Positions 1 through 11,612 of a stretch of 64,000 nt of DNA are shown here, piece after piece. Below the pieces are notes generated by a model. That model did no database searches. It was not told where the DNA came from and saw nothing but the letters and a program-made list of their open reading frames with translations. Position numbers and translations under genes: made by a program. Within the stretch, counting starts at the first letter, position 1, and every line of letters begins with the position of its first letter. Source of the stretch: Klebsormidium nitens (taxonomy: Eukaryota > Plantae > Klebsormidiophyceae); assembly GCA_000708835.1 (NCBI GenBank), contig DF236958.1, positions 186,001 to 250,000 on the forward strand, given 5' to 3'.

Positions 1-60
1 CCACGATCTGGTGAACGCTATTTTTGAGGCAACATCATTTTGATATGTGCCGTCTTGCAG

Positions 61-753
61 ACGGCGATCTCCGCGTTGCAATCAATACTGTCCGAGGATT
101 TCAAGGCGAACGAGATCGAGGTGAGGCGTCGCTTGTACATCTGCTCTTCAGTCAGAGTGCTGCATGGACTGGCTCGTTCTCGTTGTTTGTAGTAGTTTCA
201 TGCATACGAAGCCTTTTCATGCTTTTCAGCTGATTGTTTATTTCCAAGGAAGCTATCTCCGTCCGCACGACTTGCATACACGAAGCGAAGTCAGGGAATC
301 TGGTAAATGCTAACCTGTCGTTGCATCAGTATCTCGTTGCACTCGCCACAGATTCAAGCCTTTTATTCAACGTCGTTGTATGGTTGGTTTTGGTCGTGCT
401 TATTCCATGCTTTCATGTTTTGCGTCGCTAGTTAGGATTGTTGTGTCACTAGTAATGCAGGCTGCAGTGGAGTCGTGGTGGCTGATGGGCCCCTCCTGTT
501 CTGCTTGAATTTCGAGACTTGTACTGCTGTCCTTGAAGCACAGCTATGCTGCTTACCGCTCGCAAAAAAGGCCAACTTTTGGACGGGAGCATTGTTACAT
601 CTCGAAGTGCTGCGAGGCCTTAGCCCGGTATCTGACTTGCAACTTATGTGCTCCCAGGTCGGTGTGGTCAAGAGCGAAGGTGATCGGGCGTTCCGGGTGC
701 TGCCCGCTTCTGAAGTAGAGGAGCATCTCACAGCAATCAGCGAAAGAGACTGA
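61..753 (+). CDS. PAA1: 20S proteasome subunit alpha type-6 (alpha1), last two exons; gene starts before the window
   Basis: Exon 61-120 (AG..GT) reads TAISALQSILSEDFKANEIE. Exon 658-753 reads VGVVKSEGDRAFRVLPASEVEEHLTAISERD*. Both junctions are phase 0. The ..EEHLTAISERD C-terminus is characteristic of plant PAA/PSMA6. Confidence 0.9.
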
Positions 754-2171
754 GCTTTGAAAATGATTAGATTGGTGATAATTTCTACGGAACCAGGCTT
801 GCGGTCTTGCGGTATGTATAACATGGCTACATGTCCACTGTAAGCGTTTCTTTCTTCTGCTCCAGCCTGTTGGTCTGTAGACTTCCCGACCATTGCTACC
901 GTTCGGAGTCGAACATACATGGCATGAACACTGAAGCAGCGAAATCTAGTGGCGGTTTCATTTGTGGTGGTCTGTTCACCTGTGCGGAAAAGGTCGATCC
1001 ATTGGTTGATGCATATTCTATGAACATTGCAGCTTTGAATTGGTATGCTGGTTTTTCAGCTTTTTCTGCATCGACTGGGCCAGGAATTAGTAGCACATAT
1101 CATTCTGAGTTTCAGAGCTAGAGCAGGTTAATTATTGCGCAATCAGATTGCATGCACTCTGTTGGACTGACATGGGCCATTTGCATCTAGTAGTACTATT
1201 AGTCGACGTTTGGACCAGCGGGCCAACCCGCCACCGCGACGAGGAGAGCCGGTCGTGTCCTGCGCATGATTCAATGCGAAGGACGAGCCGGCAATATAGT
1301 CGGAAGATTGACATGTACTTACATATTTTAGTTGTACGTGCGCTTGGTCAGGTTATTAGTGAGCGCGGCAGCCAAAATAAAGATTCCGTCCATGTGCGCG
1401 CAGCTGTCTGCAGCATTGGCTGATCAGCCTGATGTCAATGGCCATGCCAGCCGCCAACGTGCACATTTAAAAGAGCGCGATTTCCAACTGCCGGAAGCGA
1501 GTAATCGACGGTTCGTATCAGCCGTTCCAGCACTGCCTGCGGTTTCGCTGCTGCCATGTGGCACTGCTTCACTTGAGGCGCCATGTGGCGCGATGAGAAG
1601 TGGTCAGCTAGTACCGGATTTTAAGGAGGGACCTGTCACCTTGCTGCTAGCGCTGCATTGCATCATGCATGGTGTCAAAACCAGGCTACCGAATCCATAC
1701 ATGCAGTTGGTTGCACTGTGCAGCGCAGCTTGGATCTCTTCTGAATCTGTTGGAAGTTGCGAGTGAAGAGAACCAAAGGGGTTTGGAGCTTCTCCACCAC
1801 CTTCCGGACGCCATCAGGATAATCTTAGCGCTGAAACATCCAGTGAAAGATACCCCGCCCGTAAGATCTTAATGCTTCGTGCGCCTTGAAGTTGAAGTTT
1901 ACAGCATTGCCTTCACAGAGTGCATGCAGAGCTGGACTGCTCGTCTCTAAGTACTGTGAAGCCCTCCCTGAACATCGCTCTTTCCTGCTGCTGGATTTCT
2001 AGTGCTGGAGATTCCAGCACCCATTTGCCACTCCGTGGGGAGGTCTAAAGCCAGCATGCAGGACTGAAGTTGCAAGGTTACACAGCTGAATGTGGTGCAA
2101 CAATAGGTCCTGAATCTTCTGACGGTTTCGCAAGAGCTCCTTCCACCCATCCTAGACAACCTCCAAGAATC

Positions 2172-2402
2172 ATGTCTGTCCCACTCATCTTCCCCCTGTG
2201 CTTTGAGTGCGGCAACACAGACAATCCCTGCCGCTGCAAGGTTGTCGGTCCTACTCTTGGGTTTATCATGTTCGTGGTATCAGGAATTGTGTGCTTCCCG
2301 GTAGGAGCGGTGGCCTGGTGCTGCAGTCATAAGACTGGGAACAAGGTGATGGCAGCGCCGCACAGCATCTGGATGGGGACAAAAAGCTGCATACCTCTCT
2401 AG
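2172..2402 (+). CDS. Small (76 aa) Cys-rich protein with a central hydrophobic segment; conserved uncharacterised plant family
   Basis: ATG at 2172, TAG at 2400-2402. Reads MSVPLIFPLCFECGNTDNPCRCKVVGPTLGFIMFVVSGIVCFPVGAVAWCC...CIPL. I recall the NPCRCKVVGPTLGF motif and terminal IP(L/I) from uncharacterised land-plant small proteins (not searched). Confidence 0.75.
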   Translation: MSVPLIFPLCFECGNTDNPCRCKVVGPTLGFIMFVVSGIVCFPVGAVAWCCSHKTGNKVMAAPHSIWMGTKSCIPL

Positions 2403-4475
2403 CTGGGACTTCGGACAGAAGGTGAGATCTGCCATTGTTGACAGTCTCTTCATGCATTCCAGCTCGAAAGGTCTCGCTTCATTCGACCAGTATTTGCTGC
2501 ATGGAGCAACAAGGCAGAGCATCAGTTGCATTACAGTGCTTTGATTGAATTTTCGGTTATGAGGAGCCTTCTTCAGTCAGGCAGTCAATGGCACAACTAC
2601 CGCTTCTGTACGGACAATTATTGAGCGACAGCCTTCATGAATTGAGCCACAGCTTTCATGGGTAACATCTCAGGGCTTTCCTCTCAGTCAACAGACCAAC
2701 TGCTTTGATTGTCGCTTGTATTTCCCAGATGGATTGGAAGTCCTACCACAAACTTCTGCATAGGAGTGTGCCCTCCATTGCTAGGTCTCATTGTGGAAAA
2801 TCTACGGATCATTGTTCGAACTAGGTCGCAGCGTCAGTGCAGGAAAGCTGAGCCAGGATCATAACCAGTCTTCAAACTAGCTCACGGCGTCTGTGCACGG
2901 AAACCTGTACCATAGTCTTATTGCAAATTACAATGAAACAATCGTGTAACACTGATCGCAGGTCTTAATATAGATATCTTCAAACTTCATTAACGTCCTC
3001 ACGATCGCCAAGTATTGCTTGTAGGTGGGGGTTCGTGGTTGGTTCTCGATTTTGATCGCAATGGTCGTGCGATCTGTACAAGGTGGAAACCAGGCGGTCA
3101 TCCATGTTCAACAAGCTATGCTACATTGTTGCCTGTCAGGGATCTCGAGTAGCATGCAGTGGAAAAAGCTGCAACATGAGTTTTACGTTCTTCTACACAA
3201 TCATTTCAAAAGTTATCAAATATCGACAAATCAAGACTGTTCATAGTGTGTGCCAGTAAGCTGGGTGTAAGAAAGTCGTTCCGCTTTAGGCCCGCCAGCC
3301 AGCGACATAGCCCTGATACCTACTTGAATTTAGCTTGTAGTTGACTGAGCCAGGAAGGATCTTGTACAAACTGGTTACAGAACCATGCGTTCAAGCGGCA
3401 AGCACCTATATAATCCCATGGCCGCCGTACACTTCCATGAAAGCTGCCGGTAGTCTATAGCAGCATGAGGTCTGAACGCTTTCCCAAACAACCGTGACTG
3501 CAGGGATCCATTAATTAAGGCATTTGAATTGTATTCCGTGTGATCGCCCCGCGCACACGAGGCTTGTAAGCAGAGCTGAACTCACACTATGAGTCTATCG
3601 AAAGGTAATGTCAGTGCCAGCCGGACCGCGAGTATACATGGCCGCATGTCTGGTCTCGGTGTATGTAGCTTGCATGATTTCAGGACGGTAGGCGATTGCA
3701 TGCCTGCTCTAGCTAAACGCGTTGTGGGTATACCCTCACCGGGCCCACGTTCTGGTTCGAAGCCCATGAGAGCCATATCCGCATGCATGTTCGCCTGACT
3801 ACTAGGCTAACGTCACACATGTGCAGATCGACTTTTGTATACGTGTGCAAACGATGAGATGCCCTATGCCTTTGATTCGCACGGGCTATAAGAGAAGTTC
3901 CATGAGACCACGGCGGCTTGTCATGACCACTATAGGTTAGCAATTTGACGTCATTGCAACGATAATAGATTGTACTCAATATAAGTTGGCAAAAATGCAA
4001 TTAAGGTGTTTGCAAACGGTGCAGCTATGGTCAACCACACTGAATTGATCAACCACTACGTGCTCGCAATGTTAGTACCTGTTTACAGACGGCTTGCCGA
4101 CCTTTGCCTGCGCCAAGTTTTAGATTGAGGCAGGTGGTACGTCAAAACCGTCCTTTGATCAGATCTAAAAGCTACAATATCGCACAACGCTACGCTAACT
4201 CCGCAAACAACAATCACACAAAACTCGTGATCTAACCTCTGTCTCTATCAGTTCACACACACACACCCCTCTGCAATCTTTAAAGCCTGCGTGGCCTGCC
4301 TATGTTACAGCAACACAAGCAAAGAATCATCACCTGTACAACACGAAATATCGACTGAGGTGCGACAGCGCCGCACTCAGAAGAAAAGGAATGTATGCTA
4401 CAGCTAACAGTTATGCACTAACACACCACTCTCGCAATGGAAGCTCCTCGCAAGCAAAAACTAGATACGCCCATC

Positions 4476-7400
4476 TCAGCCTGACTCCTCGGTGAGGGTG
4501 GCTCTGATGCGATTGGGGCTGATTATTGGTTGACCGCCATCTTGGCAAGCGACCATTGTCTTCACATGCTCAAACTCGTCATCCTGCACGGGAAGCAGCG
4601 GAGGAGTCAGTTGCTTCTTACGCGTGGAGGGTTGGGTCTCCTGAAGATTCTGGGCAATACTTGGCATCCTTAGCAAACGCAGACAGAGAATCAGGAGCGG
4701 AAGTAATCAGGCACGGCCTTCTTCTGTACCTAGTAGCAAGTTCTTTGCACGCTTCGCTGAGCTGTCCATATTTTCAATGCGGAGAAGAAAAGCGGATTCC
4801 AAGAACTGATGGACCAATGCACCTTGACGATCGCGATCTGGATCCTTCAAAGTTGGGTATATTTCAATCGTGTTTGCGGGCCGACTTTAGTTCAAGCTCC
4901 ACGCATCGAGGTTTTTGTTAAGGAGGAGATCGACCTCTGTCAATCGCCCGAGGTGAACTCCCTTGCTGTTCAACGACTCACAGCTACTTAATAAACCCGC
5001 GAAAGATAATAACAGCTGCAACGGGCCCTATACTTCTGTGGAGGCCCGGTGATCAATCCGACACGGAAACGTGCGGATCTGTCGCGCCAAGATCCTTCCA
5101 CCGTATGGTAATTTCCGGTTCCAGAACTTGGGCGGACGATGATCATAGAGAAGTTAAAAGGAGAAGCCTGATCCGGGCGGACGAGGTGCCTTACCCGGAT
5201 GTTGCAGAACACGTCGTATAGATTGTCCACTTTGGGTCGCCGGGTGGCTGGTCGGCGGCTGGTCTGGAACTCGTCAAACCTGAAAATGACGAATGGAGGA
5301 CAGAATGAGTGACGTCGATTGAGTAGAAATGTAGAAACTCAATATACTCCAATAATAACGGGGCTAACGTATTCAAAGCTATTGCATACACAGGCGGGTC
5401 GGACACGGGAGAAACGCCTTTGCTGGGCGCCTGGACTTCTACGTCGGGGGTGGCGAAGTCAGCAGATGATCGTCGATCCACAGAAATTACGTTTTTCGAG
5501 ACTGCCATTCAAGACCAACTGTGAGTCTACTACTGTTTGCGCAGAAATGGCCAGGGAGAACAAGCCGAGTACATCTCCTCGCCTCCTTACGGATTACAAG
5601 AAACGAAACCATACGGGAATACGAGAAACGAACCGTTTCAAACTTGGTCTGTTATCAGCAAGATAAATTCCTCCACTCGAAGAAAGAAAAAGCTCTCTGT
5701 GACTCGGAAAGGATCAACCACCGTCGCTTCCGGTCAAAACGCATTGCGCTCACATGTAGAGGTCCTCGCCCCGGTAGTACTCGACGGCGACTGGTGACGG
5801 CGGAAGTGACATCAGCAGCTCCTTGTTGGCCTCAGCAAACTCCTCATATGTATCAACTGCACAGACCATAGGGGGTTCAGCAGAGTTGCGAACTTGGACG
5901 GGGTCGAACTTTCCGGGGGATGTCGAGATTGGGAAAAAGGCGGCGGCAGTGCCCTGCGTTATACTTAGCCCGAAACATTTGATGAGAAACAGTTGATGGT
6001 AAACCTGCATTCAAAACGGGTCCTCAGGGCTGACCATCCGTTCAACTGCTGAAAGCCCGCATACCAAGCAACCGTCCTTAGCTTCAAGGAGGAGACAGAC
6101 GGGAATTGGAAAAGGGTCTTGTTCCCGCAAGGGGGCAGAGGGGCGGGTTTGGATGATCGCGCCTACCTGCGTGGAACTCAATGAGCTCAGAAAAGTTGTA
6201 GGCCACCTTGGGCGAGACCAGGAAGAGGAAGTTTAGGATCTGCAAACAGAGAAGGCAAAGAACCCATCATGGATTGCTAGCCCACTCTTTTGTCCACATC
6301 ACGAAGAAGCAGGGGGCGGTCTGCTTTTCACGGACCCTATTTGTCATGTCAACGGTCAGATATCAAGGGAGCCCGTTTGTACAGGCGCAAGCCTTGCTGA
6401 ATCGAGGCACTTTCTACAACGGGGGGACAGTGCGCAGTTTTTAAAGAGAGTTGGCCGAGGTTAAGGACGTTTGCGATGCGTACCCAGTAGTAGAAGAACG
6501 CCGCGTGCTGTCCAAAGAACCTGGAAAGGGACAACGGAGGGAGTTTTGGACCAGCACGGGGAGACACGGATCCTGCGAGCGCATGGGTTCGAGAACCTTA
6601 TGCCAGTGGAAAACACGGGCTGATAACTTTTGTTACGTTCCTTAGCCTTGTTGGGATTGGACATGCGATGTACACACCCAGGCCGTGTTCCGACAAGGTA
6701 GAGCAGGCTTCAACGTGCGGCTTCACAGAAGATTGTCTGCGGTCAGTATCCAACGGTTCCTGGTGATAACAGAACCCCAAAGAACTTGTTCAGAGTTGTC
6801 GACCGGTAGAGACCAACGAAACATCCTGGACGGCTGGAAGCAGCATTAAGATCACAGTACACAATTACTCCGTGACTCTTTGACGGAGATACTCTCGTCG
6901 TAGCATCGTAGGCAGTTCCGCTTGGCTCACCGGTCCACCCATTGGTTGTCTCCGCCCAGGCTCTCCATGATCTTGAGATGGTGCATCTCGTTCCACTCCT
7001 CTGCAAAGTGTACCTTGCGCACCTCTGCGCCCACGCGCCACCTACACAACATCACAATAGGAATCGGCGTACAGTTTCGTTTCTTCGTTGCAGTACAAAT
7101 GGAATAGTGAATTGGCTTCAAGGGCTCCTCCTTTGAATGTTTTCCGAGGAGTTCAAATGGCGATTCGAAATCGGTTTTGGGATTGTTTCTTCTTTGAGTG
7201 TTCTCCGATGAGTGTTCTCCGAGAATCTCAAAATCGAGAGCCCTGGCCTCTCAGAAAGCATGTGTGCTTACAGCTAATCCATGCGTTCGACTTAAACGCA
7301 GATTTCCCGCTTGCAAGCGAGAGCACGTCAGTTTCAATCGCAGCAGACTGGATGCTGCATTCAGGCAGTCCAGGTTCCTCAGGCGTCACGGTCCTCAGAA

Positions 7401-10280
7401 AGCACTTGTTTTGCTGAAGCTCGGACGATGCAACGAGGCTTTTATTATTTGGAGTGCGTTGGCGTCCATGCGAATGGCCAGGCCACATGCGCAACTGGGG
7501 GGATTGGAAAGAGTGGTAATGAACGTCAGCTGAGCTGCCTCACCAGCCGAGAGTCTCGTAGAGGTGCAGCATGCTGATGTAGCTGAAGTAGGGCATGCGC
7601 GCCACTGTCTCGAGGAACCAGAAGCGCTGGATGGGCCGCCCGTTGAAGATGACGTCAAGTATCTGGAGAGCATGAGAAACGGGCTCAGCTCTTGGTGTTA
7701 GAGCCATCGCAGTTTTACAGCCGTCTCCTGAAATGTCCTCCGTTGAGACTGGCTTCTTCCCTATAAGTTCCGTTCAGCACAACGACCTGTCCTTACAGCT
7801 TTTGCGGCAACCAAACGCATTGGAACGGCAAATTGTTCCTCAGCCGCCACTAAGAACCCAACGCTAAGCCCGGAGTAAGCCCTGTACCCAATCATGATGC
7901 ACATAACAAACAAAAGACTAAAGCAACGGCTAGATCTGTCACACGACGACCAATTTTCTCGTGCCCGGCCAAATAGGTTATACAACGACCAGATAGCTTA
8001 CCAGGCATAGGAAGTAGTATGGCCCAAGGATATACCAGGGCGCCTCGACAGCGGGTCGGCTCCTCTCGCGCTCCCACACCTTGTCGTTGCTCAGCTTCAG
8101 CTGGCTCAACTTCTTGCGCAGCTCGTCCATCTCGGCATTCCCGGCCTGTCCAAAAAACAAGATTCAATCAGAGAACAATCTGCTTCTTCGACGAGAGTTG
8201 ACCGGAGCATTACCAGCCTGTCATAATGACGATTTCGAGCAGTGCGAATGTTCCTCGAGTTCATAGAACTCTTTCTCGTCGCTTGTGACGTGGCAATTGT
8301 GTCTCTTACCTTGCAAACGAGAAAGAAATGAAAACACTAGGTTCAATTGGGCCCACATGTTACCTTCGCTGTCGAGATCTTGAGCTCCAACTTATATAAA
8401 GTCTGGGTGCTTGCGTCAGTAACGGTTTCTTGCCGTATCTCGGAGCCTTTTTTAAACTTCCGTTGCACTTTTCCTTTCTGAATGATTCCATCATCACTCC
8501 CTTTGTCGTACTTCGTCCTAGCTAGCTTGAGTTTCAAACGGTCGAACGACCTCCTCAAAAGTCCAATTTGATTTCGAGAGGAGTTTAGGACAGAAGCTGC
8601 CCGAGTTTCCTTTTGATCAAAGTGGTGAGATGAAAGATGCGGATTACAGTGTATGGTTCATGGCAGACGCTCTGGAGATTCGGATTGAATCGACGCTGAC
8701 TTCATTCAGGTTCCCAGACCAGACCGAGATTGATGAGCTGCATAAAACTCTGAGCCAGCTGAAGCTGAACAACATGCGAAACTTCAACGATACTCACACA
8801 AGGACGAGTTGAAGTAGCAGAAAGAGAAACGAAGGATGTTTCGGATTGTCTAAGAGTTTCTTTCTCGATCAGGCCGATAATACCAAGATGGACGAGCCAC
8901 AGACCAAAGTTGAGCTGGCAGGTGTCTTTCCACAAACACAAATGTGAGGCTTGCAATACGAAAACTAGGACTTCCAAAATACTAAGGCCAACACTTTGTG
9001 CATGCTGAACAAGCTGAAAACTACATTAGAGGGAGCTTCACTCACCGGCCCCTCGATTGTCAGCTTGGCATACAGTCCCGTTTTGGTGAGTACTCTGTCA
9101 AGAATCCTGGCTTGGTCCAGCAAGAACCGTCCCACATAAGCTAGGGCCAGTGCCACAGGACCCCTGTCAATGTCGTCTTCCTCAGGGTTGCTCAGCTGGG
9201 TGAACCGCACGTTCCTTCTGAGAGCCTGCAGGCAGTGAGAAGAACCTGCTTTGAGGAGCTGTGAACCGTCCCGGTTCGCAATGGGGCAAGCTTCAAAACG
9301 TATTGACTCCATATTCTCGCAGAATCACTGCCAAGCTGGTCGACCATAGATGAAAGGCCGTCTGAAAGAGTCATTGAAAGTACTTGATCGTTTGAGGAGC
9401 CGACATGAGACACATTCTGTTCGGAAAGTGCAGGTTCAAAGAACCAATCTGGCAGTATCACGCAAGGCCTGGTCTGAAGTGGTTCAACAGCGAGTGCAGA
9501 AGATCAGCACATGGTTGCGCATGATACCTTTGCTCGTTTGGAAACAGCTGTTTAACCTCGATGGCAAATCAACAGGACTAAGAAACAATCAATGCAAACA
9601 GGGCACTCAAACACAGTTCGATGAGGAAAACAAAGAAGAAGAACCATGCTCACCTTCCACTCCCTGGCAAAGTTTGTCAGCGCAAGGTCGATAACATTGC
9701 CTGGGACTGACGTTCCACTGGCAAGGAAAGTCGCCTGGAAGCCATAGTCAAATGCAAGCACTTCCTGGCCCCGAATCTTCTTGATCTTCCCTTGCTCAGA
9801 TGGAAGAGTTGTGACAGCAATAGAAGCAGGCTCCTTTCCGGCCTCGGCAACAAACCCATCGGGTCCAATGGAGATCTCCTCATCTGCCTCGCTCTTGTCT
9901 TTGCTGTCCCAATGGGGGTCAGCCTTCTTTGCTGAGAAAGTCTCCTTGAAGTCAGGCTTCTCGGCTTCATCAATAACTGCCTTCTTCTCTGACTCTGAGG
10001 CAGTTTCTTTGTCCTTGAGGACCGGCGACACCTCAGCAGCGATGCGCGCCTTGCTGCCCCTCCGCAGTGCAGACTGTTTACTCTGCTTCGTTCCAAAGAG
10101 AGAGACCGCGCTTGTGAGTGCGTGCAGACTCGTGCAGCTTTGCACGCAGGCAAGTGAGGAGCTTGATTGCAGGCTGGCTTGGCAGCCGAAAGCTGCTGAA
10201 GTTGTGCTCCTCCTTGTAATGCCAACGTTGCTTCCAAACCCTAATCTGCTGAAAGTTGGAACAGCGGCCGCAGAAGCCAT
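4476..10280 (-). CDS. PTOX: Plastid terminal oxidase (AOX/PTOX di-iron family), long PTOX1-type, 10 exons, ~528 aa
   Basis: Exons 10280-9654, 9225-9046, 8145-8002, 7662-7544, 7041-6931, 6520-6484, 6239-6167, 5856-5754, 5279-5195, 4583-4476. All introns are GT-AG with consistent phases; total 1587 nt. Ser/Ala-rich transit-peptide-like N-terminus. Motifs [62 protein letters not shown] and [11 protein letters not shown] supply all six iron ligands. An alternative ATG lies at 10298. Confidence 0.93.
8723..8915 (+). repeat. Two inverted degenerate copies of the 5' part of PTOX exon 3, inside PTOX intron 2
   Basis: 8723-8773 on + matches the exon-3 sense sequence (8136-8086) at 41/51 nt. 8886-8915 carries exact AGATGGACGAGC and AAGTTGAGC blocks from the same exon segment. 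Confidence 0.8.
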
Positions 10281-10710
10281 CTTGACAGCAAGCACCATGC
10301 CTGCAACTGCACAAGACCTCTTCCCCTCAGCTGTCAAAGATTGGAAGCCCTAGGATCCTTGCAAAGACAAGCTCTGCCAGCAGCTGCCTGCTGGAAGCTG
10401 GCGCCTTCTTCTCGGGGCCGCGGCAGCTGAGCTTTTCACCTTCAGGGCTTTAAGAATTGAGCTGAACAGTGAAATGCGTGGCATATGACAGATCTCCAAT
10501 GGCAACTCTTGGAGATGAGGCAGGTACATACCAGGGTACGTTCTACAGCTGCCGGTACGTAACCGGAGACTCACTGTCTGACGTGCTACTAAGTGTCCAG
10601 CGTGGCAAGTTAAGTTAGAACTTTCAAACCAGAAGAATGGCACAGAGTCGCATGGACTGACACGTCGGACGATACGCAGTGCTTATGCACAACTACCGTC
10701 GCAATCCCGT

Positions 10711-11437
10711 GGGGATAGTCGCAACCCAGGCCGATTGAAATCCAGGCCCGAATTCTTCGGGCGATCCAGGTGGTTCAGAGTTGGGGCCAAAATTTAGGGT
10801 TTGACGTGTGTTTGAAACTTTCGTCAGTGTCGCCTGAGCCAGCCTCCCGACTAGTCCGGGGCCGGACATCCACATACGCCTTCGCAAACCGAGTGCAGCT
10901 GCTCTGGGCAGACTTGCCCTTGTATTTACAGCTTATGAGAGGAATTTTAATTACCGCGGAATGTGACTGTTACTGCTACTGTTACTGTTACTGCTACTGT
11001 GACTGTGACTGTGACTGTGACTGTAACTGTACCGGTATTAGTGTAACTGTTGGAAGTTTAATTTCTGTGCCCTGTGGTTAGCTACGTAAGTAGTTCAGTG
11101 TGGTTGTAGCTGTAACTGTAAATGTAACTGTAACTGTATCCGTCACTGTGTCACTGTGACTGTGACTAGGTTACTGTAACTGTAACTGTAACCGTGGTCC
11201 TTAATTTTGTAACTGTGCTTGTCAGGCCTGCTTATAGCTGCAGCGGTCAGCCGCCCGGTTATATGTTTGAGGCGACCGGTCGTACGGGCCCGAGTCTGGC
11301 CCAAGGGGCAGGGTAAAACCAGGCTGTGACCAGTAACCAGGGGTGTCAGGGTGTTAACCCGTAAAAAGTATAAACGGCCTGGATCGTCCGGCCTGGATCG
11401 GCCTGGATTTCAATCGGCCTGGATTGCTACTATCCCC
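10711..11437. mobile_element. MITE / non-autonomous DNA transposon (727 bp), 38-bp TIRs, 3-bp TSD CGT
   Basis: Left end 10711-10748 GGGGATAGTCGCAACCCAGGCCGATTGAAATCCAGGCC matches the reverse complement of 11400-11437 with 2 mismatches. CGT flanks both ends (10708-10710, 11438-11440). No transposase ORF inside. Confidence 0.85.
10962..11216. repeat. Degenerate hexamer microsatellite (TGTGAC/TGTTAC/TGTAAC)n inside the MITE
   Basis: Runs such as tgtgactgtgactgtgac and tgtaactgtaactgta are directly visible. Confidence 0.9.
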
Positions 11438-11612
11438 CGTGACGTCTTGCAAATGGTAGCACACTGCTCTTCAACTAAAAGTTCTGGCTCTTCTGCATTG
11501 GCTCTCGTTGATTGTGAAAAAGCGTTGTTTGCTGACTCCAGTCAGTAAATCTTTTTATGTATCTAAGGGCTCTTCAGCAGCTTCACGTCCTCCAAAGAGC
11601 ACATCAAGTACG

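Noticed and set aside
466-489. SGVVVADG resembling PAA exon start VGVVKSEG; similarly SAILGSERRDLS at ~14030 resembling TyrRS exon 4
   Set aside because: Possibly very old echoes, but nucleotide identity is too low to distinguish from chance.
3690-3770. GGTTCGA T-loop-like motif suggesting a tRNA
   Set aside because: No cloverleaf, D-loop or acceptor stem can be built. I found no tRNA, rRNA or snRNA in the window by eye.
10770-11081. ORF with CYCYCDCDC (metallothionein-like)
   Set aside because: It is the translation of the hexamer microsatellite inside the MITE.
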